Source of the DNA: Polyangiales bacterium
Lineage (GTDB): Bacteria > Myxococcota_A > Polyangia > Polyangiales > Ga0077539
Reading direction: 5' to 3'
Assembly (NCBI GenBank): GCA_044229975.1
Contig: JBGARZ010000005.1
Location: 416,001-480,000, forward strand
DNA: 64,000 bases
Shown: positions 55,442 through 64,000 of the stretch, piece after piece
Layout of the letters: the number at the start of each line of letters is the position of its first letter
Position numbering within the stretch: position 1 is the stretch's first letter
Translations under genes and position numbers: made by a program
The notes under the pieces: generated by a model
Seen by the model: the letters and a program-made list of their open reading frames with translations, nothing else
Told to the model about the DNA's origin: nothing
Databases searched by the model: none

Positions 55442-56416
55442 CTAGAAGCTCAGTCCGCAGGAGAGGCCGAGGGGCACGGGGCCGGGCCCGCAGACCGCGC
55501 TGGTCGGGCGCGGCGTCGACCGCGGCGCCGTCACGAACAACACGACCGACGTGGCCACGAGCGCTGCCCCGGCGGCGAAGCCGGCAATGGCGAGCGCCTG
55601 CGGGAGCGCGATGCCGTCCTGGGCCTCGACGCACGCGGCGCGGTCGTCGTCCTCGAAGCACTGGATGGCGGCCGAGAGGTTGCGCTGATCGGAGACGGCG
55701 CTCTCCCTCCACGCCAACGCCGCGCCGCCACCACCGATCAGCAGCACGCCGCCCACGGCGGTCACCCACGCCAGCGTGCGTGGAGGGTCGCTCGATGCGA
55801 CCGCCACGACGGGCGCAACCGGCAGCGACGCGGCGCGAGCAGGGACTTCGGTGGGTCGAGCCACGAGCTCGATCCCCTGTCGCACCGTCTCGCCGGGAGG
55901 GACCATCACCGAGCGCGCGAAGGGGAGGTACCCTTCCGCGCGCACCTGCACGTTGACGGAGCCGCCAGCGACGAGCACGGGTGCGGCGAGCGGTAGCGAT
56001 CCGACGCGGCGCCCGTCGACGAGCACCTCGGCACCTGCGACCCCGCCGCTCACGTCCAACGTGCCGACGTGCGACATGACCTGCGCCCGAACGACCTCCA
56101 ACTGCTCGCGGTTGCGTGCGATCCACGGGTCGCCGACGTCGGTGAGCGCCGCGGTCAGGCAGCGATTGGCCTCCAGCCAGCGCCCAAGGGCCGCCGCGGC
56201 GAGCCCCATCTGGCCGAGCGCGCGAGTGGTGTGACACGCGTCCCACGCCTGTCGAAACAGGACGAGCGCCTCGTCGTCGCGGGCGCCCCGACGCAACTCG
56301 TTGCCACGCTGTATCTCCACATCCCCGCACGCCGCCGGGGACTGCGCGAAGGCGCTGGCGCCCATCAGGGTCAGCGCCGCGGCGCAGACAGATGCGGGCC
56401 GTCGACGCGCTCTCAT
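55442..56416 (-). CDS. TPR + PEGA domain protein, copy 2
   Basis: Signal peptide; TPR helices; PEGA GAEVLVDGRRVGSLPL; hydrophobic hairpin; ends in CGLSF. Confidence 0.8.
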   Translation of the reverse strand: MRARRRPASVCAAALTLMGASAFAQSPAACGDVEIQRGNELRRGARDDEALVLFRQAWDACHTTRALGQMGLAAAALGRWLEANRCLTAALTDVGDPWIARNREQLEVVRAQVMSHVGTLDVSGGVAGAEVLVDGRRVGSLPLAAPVLVAGGSVNVQVRAEGYLPFARSVMVPPGETVRQGIELVARPTEVPARAASLPVAPVVAVASSDPPRTLAWVTAVGGVLLIGGGGAALAWRESAVSDQRNLSAAIQCFEDDDRAACVEAQDGIALPQALAIAGFAAGAALVATSVVLFVTAPRSTPRPTSAVCGPGPVPLGLSCGLSF

Positions 56417-59400
56417 GACCAAACCCAGATGCGCCGACGGCGACCCCGCATGCCCACGATCGCGGCGAGCGCGAGCGCCCACCCATGCCCTCTCGATGAC
56501 GTCATCGGCACGACCCCGCATCCTCCTGCCTCTACACCCTCGGTCCGCCCGTCCGGCCGCCGGGCCGACACGCAGCTCACCGCTCCCTGCCAGGTGAGCG
56601 GGAGCGCGAGCGACGCCGCCAACGTGTCGTCGCGGCGCGCTGGCACGACGCTGCCCTGGTCGACTGCCTCGACGCGCAGTCCCCGCCGCGGATCCACGAT
56701 CGATCGCGCCCGGTACGCCCCGTGACCGAGCACCGGCGGAAGCGACGCGCCGTCGACGGTGAGCGTCACGTCGCGGTGACCGCCTGCGAGGAGACCGTTG
56801 GCGGCGCGCGGATAGGCCGTCAGCTCCACGGCCATCGAACCCTCGCCGATGGTCGAGCCCGACGCGCACAGCTCGATCGAGCTCACGGGCTCCGCGCCCG
56901 GCCGCGCGAGGACGATGGTCGTGGCGAGGGTCAGGTCGCCGCGCACGCGCACCGTCGCGGAGAGGGTTCCGGCGCGAGCGCCGGCCACCACGCGACGCAC
57001 GAAGGAGCCATCCACGGTGGTGATCTCCGTCGCGTCGAGCGCGCCGCCCTCGACCTCCCATGGCAGGTCGGGCAGCGCGATGATGCGCCCGCGCTCGTCG
57101 GCGAGGCGCAGCACGAGACCGGTGGCCGACACCCCGTCGGCCTCCATCACCGCCTCCATCGGGTCGAGCCGGCTCATGGTGGCAGAGACCTGCGCGGCCA
57201 GCGTCTCGCGCGCGGCGATGACCTGACGGGACACTGGCGAAGAGGCGGGGGCTTCTCCGACGCAGACCGTGAACGGGCCGTCCCCGAGGCGCTCGTCCGC
57301 GACGGCGAACATCCACGATGACGACTCCACCGCGCGACCGACGCCGAGGGCGGTCCCGCGTCCGTCGACGAGGGTCGGCACCGTCGCCACGAGCGGGTCG
57401 CCGAGTGGCGTGAAGAGGGTGGTCAGTAGCGACGCGCTCCCGACACGGTCACCCGACGCCACCAGGGCCGGGCGCAGGTCGGCGACGGTCCGGGCCGGGT
57501 CGACGTCGGCCACGACCGGAACGCGCAGCGCCGTGACCTCGCCATCGGGCGCCGTCAGTCGCACGCCCACGGCGGTCGAACGTCCGGCGTCGAGTGTGAT
57601 GCGGGCGACGTAGCGGCCGTCGCCGCGATCGTCGGCGACACCGGCCGCGGAAGCACCGTCGAGGCCGACGGCGAAGTGTTGCCCGGCCCCCCAGGCGGTG
57701 CCGTCCGCGCGGCGCGGAACGAACCCGACCTCGACCGGACGGGCGGAGCTCAGCGCCGCGGGCATCACCCGCACCACCGCCCCCGCGCCGGAGACGCGCA
57801 CCGGCAGGCGCACCCGACGCGGCAGCGCCCGGCCGTCCGCCGTGATCGCGAACCACGCCTCCCCTGCGGTGCGGGCGCTCACCGTCACGCGATGGGTGCC
57901 GTCGGCATCGACGGTGAGGGACTCCACCGAGGCGCCCGCGGTGAGCGCGGTGAGCTCGACGCGGTGACCGGCGCCGAGCGGTCCGCGCTCGCCGTACGGA
58001 ACCACCGAGACCACGGCCCGCGCCTCTCGCGGGTCGCCGCCGACCACCAGCTCGGCGCGGTCGACGGTCAGCCACGCGGGCTCGGTCACCACCACCACGG
58101 AGCCGCTCCCCACCGGGTGCGTCGAGCGCGCGCCCGACGGCCAGTCGACGTGCAGGGCCGCGCGGCTCCGATCGCAGCCTGCCAGCGAGACGAAGGCCCG
58201 CGGCGCGCTCATCGACCCGGGGTTGCCGCCCGTCGGTACGACGGCGGTGCGACGCGCGACCCCCGGACACGACAGCGTCACGACGGACCCGCGCGCCTCT
58301 CGGGGCGAGACGGTTCCGCGCGTGACCACGTCGAGCCATGGGCCGCCCGTGGAGGCGTTGCGAAGAGCGAGGGGATCGGTGCCGAGCGCGCCTGCGAGCG
58401 CGAGGTCGGGGGAGCCGTCGCCGTCGAGGTCGCCCGTCGCGACGCCGCGGTAGTCGCCCCCGCGGGTGTGCTCGGCGAAGGCCGCGGTGTCCTCGATCCA
58501 GGGCGCGCGACCGCCCGGGTAGAAGAGCGTCGGCGACTCACCGCGCCGCGCCCCGAAGGCCGGGTCGAGGGGGTAGAACCCGCCGGCCTCGAAGAGGTCC
58601 GTCGCGCCGTCGCCGTCGAGGTCGTCGAGGAGCACGCCCCAGGTCATCCGGGTGCCGGTCCAACCGAGCGAGCGGGCGGTTCCCATGAGCTCGGACTGGT
58701 CGGCGAAGCGGCCGCCGCCGAGGGCGCGGTGCAGGGGCGCGCGGCCGATGGAGCTGCTCGCGACGTCGAGCCGGCCGTCGCCGTCCACGTCACCGACGGC
58801 CACGCCCATCGCGTAGGTGAGCACCGGGGCCGCGACGGACTCCTGGGCGTCGCGGAGGCGCAGCGTCCCCGTGGCGTCGACGCCGTCGTTGCGCCAGACG
58901 TGCGACGGAACCGTGAAGGCGCCGAAGTCGTTGGCGACCCATGCGTCGAGGTCGCCGTCGTCGTCCTGATCGAACCACACGGCGCCGAACCCGCAGCCCG
59001 CGCCGTGAAGGGCATCAGGGAGCTCGGCGCGCACCCACGCGCCTTCCCGTTGTAGGAAGAGCACGTCGGCGGCGCAGCGGGCGTGTGGCCAGTCCGCCCC
59101 GACGAGATACGTGACGAGGTGAACGTCGAGCAGACCGTCGCCGTCGACGTCGGCGAGCGCGAAGGACGACACCGGTCGCGAGAGCCCGTCGAAGGCGAAG
59201 GCCGTGCGGTCGTCGAAGCTGCCGTCGGGTCGCCCGGCCAGGAGCCACGCGCCGTCGGAGGCGCCGAGCAGGAGGTCGACGCGCCCGTCGCCGTCGAGGT
59301 CGGCGGGAGCGACGGACATCGCCGCCCACCGGCCGTCGACGCCCGCGGGGCGTGGAGAGCGTGCGACTGGGAGGAGACGAGCCGCGGTCGTATCGGAGCG

Positions 59401-59619
59401 ACGCAGCTCGATGCCGTGGTCGGAGTGGACGGCGATGAGGTCGTCGTGGCCATCGCCATCGAGGTCGGCGAAGGCCACACCGCCACCGGGGAGCTCGTCC
59501 CCGGTGACGCCTGCGAGGGACGATGGGTCGACCCGAACGAAGCGAGGGACGGCGCCGCCCGGAGCACCAGCGATGAGCAGGGCGCTGAACGACACCGCGG
59601 CCCTCAGTTCGGCGCGCAT
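56413..59619 (-). CDS. FG-GAP/CRTAC1 (ASPIC-UnbV) surface protein with invasin-type Ig domains and MYXO-CTERM-like tail
   Basis: Repeated ADLDGDGxxDL motifs; ARGSVV (ASPIC-like); DRGDGRYVA and ADGVSAT Ig motifs; GGCG...WALALAAIVGMRGRRRR. Confidence 0.8.
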   Translation of the reverse strand: MRAELRAAVSFSALLIAGAPGGAVPRFVRVDPSSLAGVTGDELPGGGVAFADLDGDGHDDLIAVHSDHGIELRRSDTTAARLLPVARSPRPAGVDGRWAAMSVAPADLDGDGRVDLLLGASDGAWLLAGRPDGSFDDRTAFAFDGLSRPVSSFALADVDGDGLLDVHLVTYLVGADWPHARCAADVLFLQREGAWVRAELPDALHGAGCGFGAVWFDQDDDGDLDAWVANDFGAFTVPSHVWRNDGVDATGTLRLRDAQESVAAPVLTYAMGVAVGDVDGDGRLDVASSSIGRAPLHRALGGGRFADQSELMGTARSLGWTGTRMTWGVLLDDLDGDGATDLFEAGGFYPLDPAFGARRGESPTLFYPGGRAPWIEDTAAFAEHTRGGDYRGVATGDLDGDGSPDLALAGALGTDPLALRNASTGGPWLDVVTRGTVSPREARGSVVTLSCPGVARRTAVVPTGGNPGSMSAPRAFVSLAGCDRSRAALHVDWPSGARSTHPVGSGSVVVVTEPAWLTVDRAELVVGGDPREARAVVSVVPYGERGPLGAGHRVELTALTAGASVESLTVDADGTHRVTVSARTAGEAWFAITADGRALPRRVRLPVRVSGAGAVVRVMPAALSSARPVEVGFVPRRADGTAWGAGQHFAVGLDGASAAGVADDRGDGRYVARITLDAGRSTAVGVRLTAPDGEVTALRVPVVADVDPARTVADLRPALVASGDRVGSASLLTTLFTPLGDPLVATVPTLVDGRGTALGVGRAVESSSWMFAVADERLGDGPFTVCVGEAPASSPVSRQVIAARETLAAQVSATMSRLDPMEAVMEADGVSATGLVLRLADERGRIIALPDLPWEVEGGALDATEITTVDGSFVRRVVAGARAGTLSATVRVRGDLTLATTIVLARPGAEPVSSIELCASGSTIGEGSMAVELTAYPRAANGLLAGGHRDVTLTVDGASLPPVLGHGAYRARSIVDPRRGLRVEAVDQGSVVPARRDDTLAASLALPLTWQGAVSCVSARRPDGRTEGVEAGGCGVVPMTSSRGHGWALALAAIVGMRGRRRRIWVWS

Positions 59620-61553
59620 ACCGCGTACAGATACGCTTCGCTGCCGTCGAGCCCGTTGCAACGCTGGGTCAGCGTGCACCCCGAGACGCTCTCGCTGCCG
59701 CCGCCGCTCACGTGAACCGACCGGCAACCGTCGTAGCGATACCCCGTGGGGCAGCTCGGCGGCGACCAGGAGTTGGACCACGGGTCGATCTGACCGCAGA
59801 ACCCGCCGCAGCAGTGCCCCCATGTCGTGCTGACCGCGGTGCTCCGAATCGAGCCGCAGCTGCTGCCGGTGAAGCTCCACCCACTCGGCGCCGACGGCGG
59901 GCAGACGCAGGCGCCTGCTCCGTTGCAGACGTTCGCGCTCGTCGAGGTGGGGCAATGACCAGACGTGCGGGGCCCGGACACGCTGCACACCCGACCGGTA
60001 CCCGAGCACACGTAGGTGCCCGTCTGCTGGCAACCGCCCGATCCGGCGGTGGTGCAGGTTCCCGTGGCCTGGCAGGTGTTGCTGCAGTTCAGCTGCGCGC
60101 TGGAACAGACGCAGTTGCCGCTGCCGTTGCACGTTCCGCCGATCGGCGTGGCGCATGTGCCCGATGTGCGGGGCGACGCGCTGCACGTCGTGCTGTTGCC
60201 AAGGCAGATGACGGTGCCGTTCTGCTGACAACCACCCGAGCCGGTCGGAGAGGTGCAGGTGGCCCCGGTGGCGCGGCAGGTTCCGCTGCAGTTGCTCTGG
60301 CCGACCGGGCAGGCGCAGACCCCCGAACTCCCGCACACGCCGCCGATCGGCGTGGAGCACGCGCCCGAGGTGCGCACCACCGCGTTGCACCGGGTGCTGG
60401 TGCCGTCGCAGATGGTGATGCCGGTCTGCTCGCAGCCTCCGGAGCCCGGAGAGGTGCAGGCACCGCCGATGGTGCGGCAGACGCCTCCGCAGTTCGTCTG
60501 GCCGGTCGGGCAGGCGCACTGGCCCGACGTGTTGCACATCCCGCCCACCGGGCTGGTGCATGCCCCAGACGTGCGCGGTGAAGCGCCGCAACGGGCGGCC
60601 GTGCCGACGCACATCACGGTGCCCGCCTGTTCGCAGCCACCGTTGCCGGTGGACGTACACGCTGCGCCGACCGCCTGACAGGTGCCCCCGCAGACCTCCT
60701 GCCCAGCGGGGCACACGCAGCTACCCGCGGTGCAGATCTGGTCGGCCCGACAGGCGGTGGTGCACGAGCCGCAATGGCTCTCGTCGTCCAACAGGTTGAA
60801 GCACGCCTCGCCGCAGCGCGTGACGGGCGCCGCGCAGTCGATCTGGCACACGCCCATGCTGCACACCTGCCCGCTCGCGCAGGCTCGCCCGCAGGCGCCG
60901 CAGTGGCTCATCGAGGTGTTGGTGTCCACCTCGCACCCGTTGGCAGTCACGTCGTCACAGTTGCGGTAGCCTGGGTTGCACTCCCGCACCGCGCACGCGC
61001 CCGCAACGCAGGCCGGGGTGCCATTGGTCGCCGTACAGGTCGTGCCGCAGCTTCCGCAGTTGGTCACGCTCGTGCGCGTGTCGACCTCGCAGCCGTTGGA
61101 GGCCATGCCGTCGCAGTCGCGGAAACCCGTCGCGCACGCCATCACCCCGCAGACGCCGCTCACGCAGGTGCCCGTCGCGTTGGCGGGCGCGCACGCCTGA
61201 CCACAGCCGCCGCAGTTCGCAAGGTCGGTGTTGGGATCGACACACGCGCCGTCGGGGCACATCCGCCGCGGCGGCGCGCAACCCACGTCGCCGGGCCCGC
61301 TGTCGACGTCCGCACCGATCACCGCGACGTCGGGCACATCGGGCGAGACCGCGGCCTCGTCGGCGTTGACGTCGATCGCCCCGCCGCCCTGATCGCCGAT
61401 CACGTCCACAGTCACCCCGACGTCAGCCGCGGTCATCCCGCTGTCGCCCGGAGTCTGCGGCTCTGCGCGCTCACAGCCGCCGAGTCCTACAGCCAGCATC
61501 GCGACCACCGCGGCGCAGACCCTCCCCATTCCAATCCCGTAACCCTTGCTCAT
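59604..61553 (-). CDS. Cys-rich repeat lipoprotein
   Basis: Lipobox LGGC; CDxxxxNGCEVD repeats, then four ~67-aa 10-Cys repeats. Confidence 0.8.
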   Translation of the reverse strand: MSKGYGIGMGRVCAAVVAMLAVGLGGCERAEPQTPGDSGMTAADVGVTVDVIGDQGGGAIDVNADEAAVSPDVPDVAVIGADVDSGPGDVGCAPPRRMCPDGACVDPNTDLANCGGCGQACAPANATGTCVSGVCGVMACATGFRDCDGMASNGCEVDTRTSVTNCGSCGTTCTATNGTPACVAGACAVRECNPGYRNCDDVTANGCEVDTNTSMSHCGACGRACASGQVCSMGVCQIDCAAPVTRCGEACFNLLDDESHCGSCTTACRADQICTAGSCVCPAGQEVCGGTCQAVGAACTSTGNGGCEQAGTVMCVGTAARCGASPRTSGACTSPVGGMCNTSGQCACPTGQTNCGGVCRTIGGACTSPGSGGCEQTGITICDGTSTRCNAVVRTSGACSTPIGGVCGSSGVCACPVGQSNCSGTCRATGATCTSPTGSGGCQQNGTVICLGNSTTCSASPRTSGTCATPIGGTCNGSGNCVCSSAQLNCSNTCQATGTCTTAGSGGCQQTGTYVCSGTGRVCSVSGPRTSGHCPTSTSANVCNGAGACVCPPSAPSGWSFTGSSCGSIRSTAVSTTWGHCCGGFCGQIDPWSNSWSPPSCPTGYRYDGCRSVHVSGGGSESVSGCTLTQRCNGLDGSEAYLYAVCAPN

Positions 61554-61599
61554 GAGAGCACCCTTTTTTCCTTCATGTTGGAGACACCTTTCCGATCGG

Positions 61600-62613
61600 T
61601 CAGAAGGCGAACGAGCACACCGCCCCGGCGGACCCGGGCCCGACCCCACAGCCCCGCAGCCCCGCGATCCCCCGCGGCGTCGACGGGCGCGCGGTCACGA
61701 ACAACACCAGCGCCGTCACCGCGAGCGCCCCGCCGCCGACGTACCCGATGATCGACAGCGTGTCGGCAGTCGCGCGGGTGTCGTACTGGTCCTGGCATCG
61801 ACCCGTCAGTGGACCGGGCGTGGCGACGCACTCCTCCACCACGGAGTTGGCGCTCGACGCCACCAGGGACGCGGCCACCGCGCCGCCGAGAGTCAACACC
61901 GCGCCGCCCCCGAGCACCCAGGCCGCCGTCCGCTGCGCACCGCGACGAGGGTGCCCGGGCGCGATCGTCGCATCGACCACGGGCATCGGCGCCGGCACCT
62001 CGACGACCGCAGGCGCCGCCGTCTGAACGCCCAACTCCGCGGGCTCGGCGATCACCGGAACGAGGTCGATGCTCTCGCGCACCAGATGCCCCGCGGTGAC
62101 GACCACCATGCGGGTGAGCGGCGCGTAGCCCGCCGCGCGCACGAACAGCGTCGCCGACCCCGCTCCCAATCGGAGCGGCGCTTCCAACGGCAGCGTCCCC
62201 ACGGGGCGACCGTCGAGCAGCACCTCCGCGCCCGGCACGCCGCCGCGCACTTCGAGCTGCCCCACGTGTTCGGCGATCTGCGCCTGCACGGTCTCCAGCT
62301 GCGCGCGATGGCGCGACAGCCACGCGTCGTTGGTGATGGCAAGCACGGAGGCCATGTCGCGGTCGGCATCGAGCCAGCGGCCGAGGGCGGCCTCGGCGAG
62401 GGCCATCTGCGCCTGCGCGCGGGGCGAGTGGTACGCCTCCCACGCCTGGCGAAACTGCTCCAGCGCCTCGTCGTCGCGCGACCGACGGCGCAGCTCGTTA
62501 CCACGGCGGATATGCTCGTCCGCGCGGTCGGTCTGCGCCGAGGCCGTGACCCCAGCCGACCCGAGCGAGAGGACCAGCAGTCCGCCGACGACGTGATGTC
62601 GACCTCGCGCCAT
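61600..62613 (-). CDS. TPR + PEGA domain protein, copy 1
   Basis: Signal peptide; RGNELRR..RDDEAL..FRQAW; PEGA GAEVLLDGRPVGTLPL; ends in CSFAF. Confidence 0.8.
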   Translation of the reverse strand: MARGRHHVVGGLLVLSLGSAGVTASAQTDRADEHIRRGNELRRRSRDDEALEQFRQAWEAYHSPRAQAQMALAEAALGRWLDADRDMASVLAITNDAWLSRHRAQLETVQAQIAEHVGQLEVRGGVPGAEVLLDGRPVGTLPLEAPLRLGAGSATLFVRAAGYAPLTRMVVVTAGHLVRESIDLVPVIAEPAELGVQTAAPAVVEVPAPMPVVDATIAPGHPRRGAQRTAAWVLGGGAVLTLGGAVAASLVASSANSVVEECVATPGPLTGRCQDQYDTRATADTLSIIGYVGGGALAVTALVLFVTARPSTPRGIAGLRGCGVGPGSAGAVCSFAF

Positions 62614-62617
62614 GACG

Positions 62618-64000
<1,383 letters not shown>

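Noticed and set aside
59604..61553. TraA kin-recognition receptor
   Set aside because: The protein is Cys-rich, but I see no PA14-like domain or MYXO-CTERM, and there is no OmpA-domain traB neighbour.

Overview
A 64-kb window of very high-GC (roughly 70-75% by eye) bacterial DNA. Multiple Ser/Thr kinases, TPR-PEGA proteins, Cys-rich lipoproteins, MYXO-CTERM-like tails and PilP-like genes point to Myxococcota, probably Polyangiales-like (inference). About 43 CDSs can be supported. I found no rRNA, tRNA, CRISPR array, integrase or transposase. Ordinary content: FHA and PrsW genes, a MoxR-DUF58-transglutaminase triad, nadE, a spermidine-synthase-like membrane protein, a TPR/HEAT/beta-propeller operon, a serine hydrolase, a macro domain, an S1 protease, an SDR, CBS, LysR and kptA. 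Two loci stand out. (1) 11.9-21.0 kb: three tandem, divergent ClpA/B-type double-AAA+ ATPases with degenerate first rings, no GYVG pore loop and HicB-like N-terminal repeats. Two of the three end in a GGQ-less class-I release-factor-like domain, which suggests a heteromeric, possibly ribosome-directed unfoldase. A Zn-ribbon kinase lies head-to-head with them. (2) 42.0-54.7 kb: an orphan T6SS spike locus, with DUF6484-DUF2169-ketosynthase-like-PAAR-TIGR02270 facing vgrG-AHH nuclease-Imm11. It includes a 1225-aa peptidoglycan-binding protein carrying all three catalytic motifs of the edema factor/CyaA/ExoY (class II) nucleotidyl cyclases. Non-coding structure includes a 43-bp tandem repeat, a perfect 20-bp palindrome abutting the nadE ATG, a 52-bp-arm inverted repeat, and a REPIN-like element flanked by 31-bp direct repeats. 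All family calls come from motif recognition by eye; no searches were run.
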